IMG/VR virus record: IMGVR_UViG_3300003322_000515
Coordinates: 1 to 61,028 of that record
Direction: 5' to 3' (one strand)
Length of the DNA stretch: 61,028 bases
Source: a virus
In this document: one piece after another, positions 1 through 8,414 of the stretch
Numbering within the stretch: position 1 is the first letter of the stretch
Layout: each line of letters starts with the position of its first letter
Notes under the pieces: model-generated
The model's database searches: none
What the model was told of the DNA's origin: nothing
Seen by the model: only the letters and a program-made list of their open reading frames with translations
Translations under genes and position numbers: made by a program

Positions 1-25
1 AACTGGTGCTGCTAGAGAGATTTGA
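1..25. repeat. attL core direct repeat (aactggtgctgctagagagatttga)
   Basis: Exact 25/25 match to 61004-61028. The repeat may be longer, because the right copy is cut by the window edge. Confidence 0.85.
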
Positions 26-31
26 ACTCTC
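4..31 (-). tRNA. 3' fragment of a tRNA gene (T-arm, acceptor 3' strand, discriminator A, CCA); not a complete tRNA
   Basis: The minus strand reads GAGAG-TTCAAAT-CTCTC-TAGCAGC-A-CCA. No matching 5' acceptor strand (GCTGCTA) or D-arm is found in the next 100 nt. Confidence 0.6.
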
Positions 32-113
32 GGCCTCTCCCTTACCAAGGGTATTCTTGAAGGTACTAAAGTCATTGTGCTGTATAGCGTAGAGCGTTGT
101 TGAAACTCAGACC

Positions 114-129
114 GTACAGATTTTGTACA
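114..129 (+). promoter_or_regulatory. Candidate integrase arm-type / accessory-factor site (GTACAGATTTTGTACA)
   Basis: A similar element (CTGTACAAGATTTGTACG) occurs at 60887-60904 in the other att-proximal arm. Confidence 0.3.
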
Positions 130-142
130 TTTTGTGGTCTAG

Positions 143-172
143 CCAAAAGAAAAGCCCGCGATTGCGGGCTTC
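143..172 (-). terminator. Rho-independent terminator of the leftward int-methylase operon
   Basis: The minus strand reads AAGCCCGC-AATC-GCGGGCTT followed by TTCTTTT. Confidence 0.7.
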
Positions 173-178
173 TTGTCG

Positions 179-1081
179 TTAGGCGGCGCCGAATAGGTCA
201 GGCGTAGGTGGCGCGTTGTCGTTCGCTGGTGGCTTCTTGGCGCGGGGCTTTAGGGAGCGATCGTCGGTGGCGGAAAGTCTAATAGACGCTGTCGCGGCGT
301 ATTCCGGATTCAGTTCGCAAAGGATTGCGTTCCTGCCCAACCTTGACGCAACGGCGCCAGTCGTGCCGCTACCTCCGAATGGGTCCAGAACCGTGTCGCC
401 CTCGATGGTAGTCGCCAAGACACATGGCTCCACCAGCCGCTCGGAGAATGACGCGCCATGGTCACTACGACCAGTCGGTGCGATTTGCCAGACAGAGCCG
501 TTCGCATAGGGAGGCAGCTTCGACTTGTCGAAACGGTAGCTCTTGCTCTTCGTGAGCAGGAAGATTTGTTCGTGGCGATTCGGAAGGCGATCAACGGACG
601 GCTCCGGCTTGCCGAAGTTCTTGGCCCATATTATTTCCTGCCTGAGAAACCAGCCATCGGCACGCAATGCGAAAGCGACCATCCACGGGATGCCGAACAT
701 ATCCTTCTCCTTGAGGTCTCCGTCGTTGATGGACAGGCGGGTCAGCCCGAGCTTTGTTGTCTCTGCCCACGAAAGCTCCTTGAACCCATTCAACGATGGC
801 TGATGGCTGCTTGATCGAATTCGCCTCCTGTTATTCGCGGTGTCGCCAAGATTCAGCCAGAGGGCGCCGTCGTCCGTCAACACCCGCCGCACTTCTCTAA
901 AGACGGAGACAAGCTGTGCCACGAAGTCGGAAGGCGTCATCTCCATGCCTATTTGGTCCGCGTGGCCGTAGTCGCGAAGCGCAAAATATGGAGGACTTGT
1001 CACGCAACAGTTCACGCTGCGCTCCGGCAGGGTGCGCAGGATGTCGCGGCAATCACCAAGTCTCAGATCAACCCGCATCAC
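179..1081 (-). CDS. DNA methyltransferase (beta-class N4-C/N6-A type, TSPPY motif)
   Basis: CCVTSPPYFALRDYG catalytic motif and DPFGGSGTT SAM motif. GTG 1081 / ATG 1078 overlaps the int stop. The C-terminus is PANDNAPPTPDLFGAA. Confidence 0.9.
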   Translation of the reverse strand: MMRVDLRLGDCRDILRTLPERSVNCCVTSPPYFALRDYGHADQIGMEMTPSDFVAQLVSVFREVRRVLTDDGALWLNLGDTANNRRRIRSSSHQPSLNGFKELSWAETTKLGLTRLSINDGDLKEKDMFGIPWMVAFALRADGWFLRQEIIWAKNFGKPEPSVDRLPNRHEQIFLLTKSKSYRFDKSKLPPYANGSVWQIAPTGRSDHGASFSERLVEPCVLATTIEGDTVLDPFGGSGTTGAVASRLGRNAILCELNPEYAATASIRLSATDDRSLKPRAKKPPANDNAPPTPDLFGAA

Positions 1082-2250
1082 CCTTCCCTCCTCTTCTTGT
1101 CCAAATCAGTCCGCTTGCCCATGCCCTCCGCAAACTTGCCAGACCACGCCAGGGGATCATCCAGCCACGGCAACCGAGCCCACAACTCGGGCACCGGCAA
1201 CTTGTTGATCGCTTCAATGAGTGGCGCCTGCGGCACGTTAGTGTAGTGACGGCTCATGTCATCCGCTGCGTGGCCAAGTATCTGGTCCTTGATGTGCGGA
1301 TGGACACCCGCGACAACCAACCCTGTCGAGCAACTGTGGCGGCCGGTATACGGGGCAATATCTTTAATGTCGCTCCGGCGGCGAGCGCCGTTGATCGCTG
1401 ACTTGAGGCCACCACCACCTCGCCCCTCTTCATCTGTCGCTATCTCCTCGTACGGTTCGCCGCGTGGCGTTCGAAATAGCCGCGGCTCGTCTTCCAATCC
1501 AGGCCGCTTCAGCAGGGACTCGAATATCGGTACCAAGAACTCATGGATCGGAACTCCTCGAGGCTCGCCTGTCTTTGTGTGTGTTAGCGTGATCCAGCGA
1601 CCGGAGACATTGACCTCGCCAACCTCAAGCGCGAATAGCTCGATCGGCCGCATGCCGGCGTAAAATAGCGTAGTCATCAGCATGGCCGGGCCTGGCGACA
1701 TGGCCGCAATGAACTTTGCGGCATGTTCGTATTCAACTGGAAATGTGCCGGCGCGGCGCTTCGCTAGGCGCACGACGTTCGTGCCCTTTGGCTTCTTCGG
1801 ACGCGACCACTGGCGAACATCTGCCCATCCGTTCTTAACGGCATGGTTCCAGACTGCGATGAATGGCGTGTAGCATTGACGATTGCGCGTTTCTGGTTGA
1901 GCATTTGGATAGAGTTTGCGCGCCGCCTCGTCCAAATCGTTTTGTTGTATGTCTTTCAGCTTGGTATCATAAAAGTAGTCTAGCAGGCCGTCGCGCGATC
2001 CGTCCTCATAAACGGAGCCGGTAAAGCGCTTATCTCCACCTGCCTTCCAATAGGAATCGACCGCTTGCGCAAATGTACGTGTGGCCTTCGGGCCGAACAC
2101 GGCGTCGCTGACGAGTTCAGCTTCTCGCTTTATGCGGAGCGCTTCCGCGACTTCTTTCTGCTCTGTGCGAGCAGACTCGCGGACAGCTTGTCCATGGACG
2201 GTGCCTGAGATCCACCAGACTTTGCCACGCTTGTAGAGTTTGAGGGGCAT
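1078..2250 (-). CDS. int: Tyrosine recombinase / phage integrase
   Basis: N-terminus MPLKLYKRGKVWWISGTV; C-terminal catalytic region GRHSCSTG...LGHAADDMSRHYT; adjacent to att. Confidence 0.92.
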   Translation of the reverse strand: MPLKLYKRGKVWWISGTVHGQAVRESARTEQKEVAEALRIKREAELVSDAVFGPKATRTFAQAVDSYWKAGGDKRFTGSVYEDGSRDGLLDYFYDTKLKDIQQNDLDEAARKLYPNAQPETRNRQCYTPFIAVWNHAVKNGWADVRQWSRPKKPKGTNVVRLAKRRAGTFPVEYEHAAKFIAAMSPGPAMLMTTLFYAGMRPIELFALEVGEVNVSGRWITLTHTKTGEPRGVPIHEFLVPIFESLLKRPGLEDEPRLFRTPRGEPYEEIATDEEGRGGGGLKSAINGARRRSDIKDIAPYTGRHSCSTGLVVAGVHPHIKDQILGHAADDMSRHYTNVPQAPLIEAINKLPVPELWARLPWLDDPLAWSGKFAEGMGKRTDLDKKRREG

Positions 2251-2441
2251 CGTAGAACATCCTTTATGGCTTCGATGTCTTTGTCTGTAAAAAGGATATC
2301 ACGGCCTCGCACCATGCATAGGCCGTGCTGTTTGGCGATCTTTGCAACGCCTCTGTTGGTAAGGCGAAGATATTCAGCCGCCTCGGCAAGAGTGTAAATC
2401 CTGCCGAGCGGCCCGTTGTTATCGTTGTCGTGGTGCCTCAT
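2130..2441 (-). CDS. xis: Excisionase-type helix-turn-helix DNA-binding protein
   Basis: YTLAEAAEYLRLTNRGVAKIAKQHGL HTH. Lies immediately upstream of int; the 3' end overlaps the int start in another frame. Confidence 0.7.
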   Translation of the reverse strand: MRHHDNDNNGPLGRIYTLAEAAEYLRLTNRGVAKIAKQHGLCMVRGRDILFTDKDIEAIKDVLRCPSNSTSVAKSGGSQAPSMDKLSASLLAQSRKKSRKRSA

Positions 2442-2644
2442 CCTCTGCCCTCCTCGTTAAGAGCGGCACGGCCAAGCTGAGTGATCCGATATCCATTGCT
2501 GACCCAAATCACCAATTTCTCATGGATGAAATAGGAAAGGTCGTTGTCGGCTTTTTCAGGTGGAACGCCACCCCAAAGAGGAACATGGCTGTTTGCGAGG
2601 TCCGTCAATTGGCTTTTCTGTGGGCCAAAAAGGTAAACCATCAT
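2438..2644 (-). CDS. Hypothetical protein (68 aa)
   Basis: ORF track; ATGA-type 4-nt overlaps with both neighbours. Confidence 0.6.
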   Translation of the reverse strand: MMVYLFGPQKSQLTDLANSHVPLWGGVPPEKADNDLSYFIHEKLVIWVSNGYRITQLGRAALNEEGRG

Positions 2645-2988
2645 AGCTCCTCCAGCCGAGACAGGAGAGCGCGGATCGCCTCAAATTGATCAGCGAGGCA
2701 AGCCAAAGTGCCGCCATTGTCGAAGAACCATCGACGGGATTCCGCGACGGTTTCCTCCTTGCATTGGTCTGGAGCAACGTGAACGTGCATCATGCGCTTC
2801 AGCAGGGCATCTGACGAGGTCAGCACCTTCCTCACCTCTTCCATCACCTCTGCATGGCGCTGGCGTTCATCGCAGAGATATCCGGCAATTGCCTCGATCT
2901 TGGCTGATGACGGCTCGCCCTGCATTTCGCGAATCTCGATAAAGAGCGCCGTGGCGGCCCGCATGATATCGTCGGGGATCTTGCTCAT
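2641..2988 (-). CDS. Hypothetical protein (about 115 aa)
   Basis: ORF 2641-3021. The preferred start is ATG 2988, with a GGAGG RBS and an ATGA overlap with the upstream stop. Confidence 0.6.
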   Translation of the reverse strand: MSKIPDDIMRAATALFIEIREMQGEPSSAKIEAIAGYLCDERQRHAEVMEEVRKVLTSSDALLKRMMHVHVAPDQCKEETVAESRRWFFDNGGTLACLADQFEAIRALLSRLEEL

Positions 2989-3296
2989 TCGCGCACCTCC
3001 ACAGCAACGAAGCCGGGGCACTGCTTGTTTGGCTGATCCTCATTTTTGATGAATCCGCACATCATGCAGCATTTGATCTGCATCGAAGAGAAAACGCGCT
3101 CGTGCCAAAGATGGCCGTTGTCTTCCTTCGGCGGATGGCAGCAGGCGACGATATGGATTTTCCCGCTGTCACGGTGGCAATCGCAGGTGCAGTTATCGTA
3201 AGCCGGCGGCACGAACCTACGGCCGGCACCGATCTCCAGATCACCTTCCTGCGCGGCCCGCTTCTCGAACCATTCTTTGTCGATCGGGAGTTTCAC
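2985..3296 (-). CDS. Cys-rich hypothetical protein (103 aa)
   Basis: ORF track; CTCDCH, VACCH and CCMMC cysteine clusters; coupled to neighbours. Confidence 0.6.
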   Translation of the reverse strand: MKLPIDKEWFEKRAAQEGDLEIGAGRRFVPPAYDNCTCDCHRDSGKIHIVACCHPPKEDNGHLWHERVFSSMQIKCCMMCGFIKNEDQPNKQCPGFVAVEVRE

Positions 3297-3784
3297 GGCT
3301 TATCTCTCCCTTCGTTAGAGGGGAGCGAGGGCGGAGCAGGGAGAGGACGCCAAGCCGACGGCCCGTGATAGTTTATCTCGCTGATCGGGCCACCATGATA
3401 ATCGTCGTAGCTGTTCCCGGCCCACCACCAGTCGCCGTCGCCGTAATGTTCTGGATCGAAATAGGCTTCACCGACGATGTACGCGTCATTGTCCTTATGA
3501 AGCACGGCAATTATGACTGGCGTCTTGTCCTTCGGCGCGGCGGCCATGTCATGGTTCCAGCCATCTCCGCCGGTTCCGGCTTCTATAGGGGCGTGGAGGG
3601 CGGCAATGATCGCGTCGGTATTGTCGAGAATCCATTTCAGGCAGTTGGCGGTCTCACCGTAGACGTTCAGTTCCTCGCTGCCGTTCCAATTGCGTAGCTG
3701 CCAGGATATGCCTCGATCAGCTTTCGGCAGTTTTGCGAGCCGCTCTTTCAGTTCGGACAGAGCCTTATCGTGCGGGGTGGTCAT
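3293..3784 (-). CDS. Hypothetical protein (163 aa, Trp-rich C-terminal half)
   Basis: ORF track; coupled overlaps. Confidence 0.6.
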   Translation of the reverse strand: MTTPHDKALSELKERLAKLPKADRGISWQLRNWNGSEELNVYGETANCLKWILDNTDAIIAALHAPIEAGTGGDGWNHDMAAAPKDKTPVIIAVLHKDNDAYIVGEAYFDPEHYGDGDWWWAGNSYDDYHGGPISEINYHGPSAWRPLPAPPSLPSNEGRDKP

Positions 3785-3990
3785 TGGGAGGAGTCCTTGT
3801 CGACAAAGCCAGATTTTGTGATGAAAAAAGAACCTCCATCACAAGTTTCTCTTTCCATTGTCATGGCGGCAACAGCTGCGATCGAACTGTCTTGCGACAT
3901 GCGCAAGACTTCCTTTGGGGTAAGTCTGACGGTTCCGCCTCTATCAGCCGCGCGCATGATTCGGATGTATGGATTCAGCTTCGCCATCAT
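3781..3990 (-). CDS. Hypothetical protein (69 aa)
   Basis: ORF track; 4-nt overlaps. Confidence 0.55.
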   Translation of the reverse strand: MMAKLNPYIRIMRAADRGGTVRLTPKEVLRMSQDSSIAAVAAMTMERETCDGGSFFITKSGFVDKDSSQ

Positions 3991-4184
3991 TCCCCTCCTT
4001 TATTGAGAGGGGCGGAGGAACGCTGAACGAGACTAACGATGGCTTCAACGCCGCGCCAATATGCAAGCGGATCCTCTTCAGCGCGCCAGACTTTATGTCG
4101 ACGCTGGGGATTTCCGGCCATTTCGCTCCCCATGGCAATATGGATGATGCGACCAGCTTCAGCGTAGATTTGAGCCTCCGTCAT
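3987..4184 (-). CDS. Hypothetical protein (about 65 aa)
   Basis: ORF 3987-4262. The internal start MTEAQIY at 4184 forms an ATGA overlap with the stop of 4181-4504. Confidence 0.5.
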   Translation of the reverse strand: MTEAQIYAEAGRIIHIAMGSEMAGNPQRRHKVWRAEEDPLAYWRGVEAIVSLVQRSSAPLNKGGE

Positions 4185-4504
4185 CGTTCGGTCTCCTCTT
4201 GCTGAGAAAGGGCGGTACGGGCGGCTATGGTTTGCTGATCGGGGACATTCTGACATGGGCAATAATCGTCCGATCCGAGGCAGGCGCAGCGTTTGGCTTG
4301 CTGGCGCATCTCTTCAATAGACAAGCCGCGCTCCTGCCTAGGATCAGCAGGTAGGTTGTCAATGATTTCCTGTACGATTGCGAAGGCATCGCCTTGCGCG
4401 CCGATGTAGCCAGCGTCATATTCGACATTGGTTGCGGGGTGGAGCTTCAGCGACAATATTTCAGACGCAATGTGCGAGAGTATTGAACGGATATCAGTGC
4501 TCAT
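4181..4504 (-). CDS. Hypothetical protein (107 aa)
   Basis: ORF track; coupled. Confidence 0.6.
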   Translation of the reverse strand: MSTDIRSILSHIASEILSLKLHPATNVEYDAGYIGAQGDAFAIVQEIIDNLPADPRQERGLSIEEMRQQAKRCACLGSDDYCPCQNVPDQQTIAARTALSQQEETER

Positions 4505-5559
4505 CCCCGCTCTCCCTTCGCTACATGCTGGAGGGCGGAACGACGGGATATTTCGGCAGACAGCCGCTCCTTAGCCAACTCTTCAGTTGGCTCATCGACT
4601 TCAAAATTGTCATCGCTGTCGGAGTCTGGTGCCGGCTCAAGATAGGCAAAATAGCGTACTTCTATGACGCCGCCTCTGACGTATGGAAGCACTTCGCCGG
4701 GTTCCAGATCGCAGTTTTCGGCAATTTGCCAAGGGCCGTCAGAGCAAGCATCGGAGGAAGTGTCATCTTCCGGCCAATACCAATCGGCGCTAGCGAAGCG
4801 CTTCTCCAGATCGACGTTGCGGACTTTAAGGGCTTCGTTCTCTTCCATCAGTTCGGAGTAGACCTGAGAAGAGAGATTTGAGCGGATGCCAGCAAGCACT
4901 TCCGTCGAAATTTGATGGCTCTGATCACCGCCGCGATAGCCCTTCGCACTGTCGCGTTTCGTATTGTAAGCGTTCCTCGCGTCGTTATAGCCAGCATCGT
5001 AGGCCGAACGGATCGCGTCAGTGATGATCGTTTCCCTCAGCGCGGCGATATCGGAGGCGGCCGGAGAGGAGAGAGCGGAGCGGATGATTTCCCGAACGGT
5101 TTCCTCATACTTATCCTGAGCGTAAGCTTTTGCCGCTTCGACCGTTGAGAACTTTCTCTTGACCATTGTGCCGTTGATACGGAGTGGAAACTTTCCGAAA
5201 CAAATAGGCTCGTGGGTATCTATCAGAGCCCTGAAGCCAACAGTCAGATTGTGTGCTTGCCATTCTGGATAATTCGCGGTCGGGCGAGGCTCTTCCCACT
5301 TCAGTTGCTTGATCTTCACCGCCACAGGCAGCGGCGCAGGAGCGGCGTAGAGTGGCGTGGCGTTGTCGACAGGTTTACGGTTGCCGAAAGTGAACTGTTC
5401 AAAGCCATCATTGAACCACAGCCACGCCACCGGCTCTTCAGGCAGAAGAGCAAGGGCGGCTTCGATTGCGGCCTCCATCCCTGATTTGTATGGAAGACTA
5501 TGAATGTCTCCATTGGCGTATGCTCGGCATGCGGCTTCGATCATCTCGGGAGTTATCAC
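4501..5559 (-). CDS. Hypothetical protein (352 aa)
   Basis: Long ORF in the leftward operon; no recognisable motif. Confidence 0.7.
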   Translation of the reverse strand: MITPEMIEAACRAYANGDIHSLPYKSGMEAAIEAALALLPEEPVAWLWFNDGFEQFTFGNRKPVDNATPLYAAPAPLPVAVKIKQLKWEEPRPTANYPEWQAHNLTVGFRALIDTHEPICFGKFPLRINGTMVKRKFSTVEAAKAYAQDKYEETVREIIRSALSSPAASDIAALRETIITDAIRSAYDAGYNDARNAYNTKRDSAKGYRGGDQSHQISTEVLAGIRSNLSSQVYSELMEENEALKVRNVDLEKRFASADWYWPEDDTSSDACSDGPWQIAENCDLEPGEVLPYVRGGVIEVRYFAYLEPAPDSDSDDNFEVDEPTEELAKERLSAEISRRSALQHVAKGERG

Positions 5560-5789
5560 GCCGCCCTCCCATAGCCAAGCAGCTCAAGGCGCTCTGCGAT
5601 CTTGATAAGATTGTTGCCTTGGCGCTCGCGTCGATATCCTCCTGCGGCCAAGTTGACCTGCGCAACCTGCCATAGACTGGCTGGAGAAAGACCGTCGGCA
5701 ATGGCCCGGTCGAGGGTGAGGAGCGGTGCCGACGGTCGGTTGTTGTTGGCTGCCCTCTGTGCCGGTGGGCGTCTTCTGTTGTCGTTCAT
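5556..5789 (-). CDS. Hypothetical protein (77 aa); contains AANNN and ends in RAA
   Basis: Preceded on the minus strand by CCCCACCACCACAAGGAGATACCAATG, the conserved leader. Confidence 0.65.
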   Translation of the reverse strand: MNDNRRRPPAQRAANNNRPSAPLLTLDRAIADGLSPASLWQVAQVNLAAGGYRRERQGNNLIKIAERLELLGYGRAA

Positions 5790-5820
5790 TGGTATCTCCT
5801 TGTGGTGGTGGGGTTGTTAG

Positions 5821-6261
5821 TTAATTGGCCTTGACGGACCAAGGCCGCTTTGAATCGCTGTCGGCCAATCGAGGCTTGAAGACGTCAGGATGATAGCGGT
5901 TGGCTTCTTCGCTGGTGCGCAAAAACTCCATTGCCTCGTCACGGTCGGAAAATTCTGTGCCTATACGAATGTTTCGAAGCCACACTTCCGTCTTGTTCCT
6001 CTCGGCAGCATTTGAGGCGCGCTGACGCTGCGCCTCAATGCGAGCGGATCGGTCGGCAATCTCTTCATCTGTGATCGGTCGCTCGTATGTGACGCCAGAT
6101 CCTTCCCAGTCGTAGGCCCAAACCTCGATTGTCGCCGAGGCTCGAAACTCTTCCGGTATCTTTTCGAGAGCAGCCTGAAGATCGTTGATGAGATCGACTA
6201 TGCAATTTGTGGTGCCTATTATATCAGAATCGGCAACCATCTCGGTTATCATTTCCGTCAT
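5821..6261 (-). CDS. Hypothetical protein (about 146 aa)
   Basis: ORF 5821-6339. The preferred start is 6261, preceded by CAACCACCGCTGAGGAGATCGAGATG (conserved leader). Confidence 0.6.
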   Translation of the reverse strand: MTEMITEMVADSDIIGTTNCIVDLINDLQAALEKIPEEFRASATIEVWAYDWEGSGVTYERPITDEEIADRSARIEAQRQRASNAAERNKTEVWLRNIRIGTEFSDRDEAMEFLRTSEEANRYHPDVFKPRLADSDSKRPWSVKAN

Positions 6262-6345
6262 CTCGATCTCCTCAGCGGTGGTTGAGGTCGCCGGCCACAA
6301 AGCCAGCGACAAAAGCAAGCGCGATAATAAGGACGGCAATCGGCG

Positions 6346-6504
6346 TCATATCATCTGCGCCATTTGGTAGCCGAGCCAAAAGACAACGGCGCAGGCGAGT
6401 GCGAACTCGACGATGCGTGCGCGGATAGCGGCGCTGGCGCTGAAGTGCTCAATGTGAGCCTCTACGCAGGTCATCTGTCGGCGCGGGACGGAGATGGTGG
6501 TCAT
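6346..6504 (-). CDS. Small membrane protein (about 52 aa)
   Basis: ORF 6346-6561. Start 6504 forms an ATGA overlap with the upstream stop; hydrophobic C-terminus. Confidence 0.45.
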   Translation of the reverse strand: MTTISVPRRQMTCVEAHIEHFSASAAIRARIVEFALACAVVFWLGYQMAQMI

Positions 6505-6788
6505 GACCGACCCTCCGCTTTGGCTATGGCGGCGCGATATTTCAGCGCGGCATCGGTCCAAAGGTCGGTATTAGTGTCAACGCCAGCGTCTACGGCCTTC
6601 CAGAGTGTTTTTAGGGCATCAAGAAGATCAGGCGCGGCGGCGATCAGGTAGGCGTTACCCTCTCGGTTTTGCCCACCAACCATTGCTACATTCTTACGAA
6701 CCTTGGGTTCATTTGGTGCGATAACGGCTTTGCCCGTAGTTGTGCCGTCAACTACGATCCACGGGCCGGATGTGTGCTCTGTCGCCAT
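6501..6788 (-). CDS. Hypothetical protein (about 95 aa)
   Basis: ORF 6501-6845. Start MATEHTSGPW at 6788 has a GGAGGG RBS and a TGATG overlap. Confidence 0.55.
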   Translation of the reverse strand: MATEHTSGPWIVVDGTTTGKAVIAPNEPKVRKNVAMVGGQNREGNAYLIAAAPDLLDALKTLWKAVDAGVDTNTDLWTDAALKYRAAIAKAEGRS

Positions 6789-7036
6789 CACTCGCCCTCC
6801 ACCTTCGCACCGCGAACCCAGCGCAACGCAAAACGGCCGCGGCAATAGCGCGGCTTGGGATGGCGTTTAGCACGGTGGTCGGGCCGCATGAACGGCTCGG
6901 CGCTTCCTGCGGCCGTGGCGGCTGGTCTGTAGTCTTCGTCTTCCTGGTAGGATCTTCTCACGATAGTCTCCTCAATGGTGGCCGCCGTTTGTGAAGCGGT
7001 GAGGAGGGTTATAGGATTATAAGTTTGTGTCGTCAA
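6788..7036 (-). CDS. Hypothetical protein (82 aa)
   Basis: ORF track; first gene downstream of repressor 1. Confidence 0.5.
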   Translation of the reverse strand: MTTQTYNPITLLTASQTAATIEETIVRRSYQEDEDYRPAATAAGSAEPFMRPDHRAKRHPKPRYCRGRFALRWVRGAKVEGE

Positions 7037-7054
7037 CTATAAAGTTATAGGCAA

Positions 7055-7780
7055 TCAATATTTTCCAGAAAGGACTATAGGATGAACGCTCACGACATCG
7101 GCGCGGTCGAATTTGATTTGTGATTCGGGATTGTATTGCCGAAGCGTTAGGCTGCTGCCGGCCCAGCCGACAAATTCCTTTATGAAGCCATATGGCGCAA
7201 CGCCTTCCTCGTCAGGATGGATCTGCACAATGACGTCATCACCTCGACGAGCAGGCTTGTGCGGGTGTACCCACACGACTTCGCCTGGCCTATAGCGCGG
7301 AGACATCGATTCGCCGCTGACATAAACGGCGTAGGCGCCTGTCACGTTTTCCAGCGACGGCGGGCAGGCTACATAATCCAATACTGTGCCATTAAATAGG
7401 TATCGCCCATCTACGCCGCCAACCGCTTCCCCAAGCACCGGCAAGAGCTTACCCGGCCTGGACGACGATGGTATTGGCGACGGATCGACGTGAGCGTTTG
7501 GCATTACGATCAGATCAGTAACGTCTGCAGCCTTGAAGATGCGCGGCAGCCGAGTCGTCTTGCCACTCTCGCGGCCAGCCTCAATCATAAGCGCTCGCAT
7601 TTCATCTTCAGGAATCTGCAACTCCTTGGCGATCTCTCGCCATTTCCTTGGAGACGCTACATTTCCAGCGAATAGTTCGCTGATGCTTGGCTGCGCGATT
7701 CCGACCTTATTGGCGAGATCGGTTTGCGATACTCCCAGCTCGGCCGCTCGCTCTGTGAGTTTTTCAGATAGTTTGCTCAT
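7055..7780 (-). CDS. LexA/CI-like repressor: XRE-type HTH plus intact S24 peptidase domain
   Basis: N-terminal LGVSQTDLANKVGIAQPSISELF HTH. C-terminal VSGESMSPRYRPGEVVWV contains the Ser nucleophile and FIKEF the Lys. Confidence 0.85.
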   Translation of the reverse strand: MSKLSEKLTERAAELGVSQTDLANKVGIAQPSISELFAGNVASPRKWREIAKELQIPEDEMRALMIEAGRESGKTTRLPRIFKAADVTDLIVMPNAHVDPSPIPSSSRPGKLLPVLGEAVGGVDGRYLFNGTVLDYVACPPSLENVTGAYAVYVSGESMSPRYRPGEVVWVHPHKPARRGDDVIVQIHPDEEGVAPYGFIKEFVGWAGSSLTLRQYNPESQIKFDRADVVSVHPIVLSGKY

Positions 7781-7870
7781 AAATTTATCCCTTGATTTAT
7801 CAATTAGTTATCAAAAAGCATCTATAGCTTCAACCAAAAACAGTTGACCTATAAATTGATAAGCTATAGA
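7781..7870. promoter_or_regulatory. Divergent promoter/operator region
   Basis: Near-palindrome TTGATTTATCAA at 7792-7803. 9-bp inverted repeat CTATAGCTT (7822-7830) / AAGCTATAG (7861-7869) flanks TTGACC (7844-7849). AT-rich. Confidence 0.4.
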
Positions 7871-8007
7871 AAGGTTGGCGTAGACGAAGTGCACCGATGT
7901 CACACAACATGGCGAAGGTGTAGATTTTAGGACTAACTTTTTATCGGTTAAATTTTCAAGACACTTTTTGGCGGCGATTTTTCAATCAACATTTCAGGAG
8001 TGAAAGC

Positions 8008-8136
8008 ATGCGGCAAAACGGAAAGAAGAAAACTCCCAGAAGAGCTTTGGCCCCCAAGGGGGCTGGTCCTCCCAGAAGAGAAAGAAGAGAAGCCGCCATG
8101 TGGGCGGCTTTTCCTATTTATAGGGGCACCATTTAA
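8008..8136 (+). CDS. Small, very basic ORF (42 aa, MRQNGKKKTPRR...)
   Basis: AGGAG RBS 7 nt upstream of the ATG. The ORF ends inside a terminator hairpin. Not in the track (<60 aa). Confidence 0.3.
   Translation: MRQNGKKKTPRRALAPKGAGPPRRERREAAMWAAFPIYRGTI
8090..8120 (+). terminator. Rho-independent terminator
   Basis: AAGCCGCC-ATGTG-GGCGGCTT followed by a T-rich tract. Confidence 0.6.
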
Positions 8137-8187
8137 AGAGAGGGGGCAGCAATGAGAAAAATTAGCGACAACAACGGAGATAAAAAT

Positions 8188-8228
8188 AGCGCCGCTGGCA
8201 TAAAGCCCGCAGGCGCTTTTTGTTGTTT
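8188..8228. terminator. Bidirectional terminator (also serves repressor 2 on the minus strand)
   Basis: AGCGCC...GGCGCT stem followed by TTTTTGTTG on the plus strand and ATTTTTA on the minus strand. Confidence 0.55.
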
Positions 8229-8414
8229 CCTTGAACTGAATCACAACCACATTCGCAAGCCGACCCTAGGGCCGACACCACTCGCTTAGCGGCTTGCGGA
8301 ATGCAGTTCGTACTATTCGGGAGAGGAGACTTGGCGACGCCAGCCGTTAATCCCGAATTTCCATATCGCCACCACAGCGACGGCGAGGTGTTTACCACCA
8401 TCTTGCCAATTTTG

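Noticed and set aside
1-100. A complete tRNA or tmRNA gene at the left end.
   Set aside because: - Only the T-arm, acceptor 3' strand and CCA are present.
- No complementary 5' acceptor strand, D-arm or anticodon arm could be folded.
- The acceptor lacks the G3:U70 alanine identity expected for tmRNA, so the attractive link between the integration site and ssrA-like tags is not supported.
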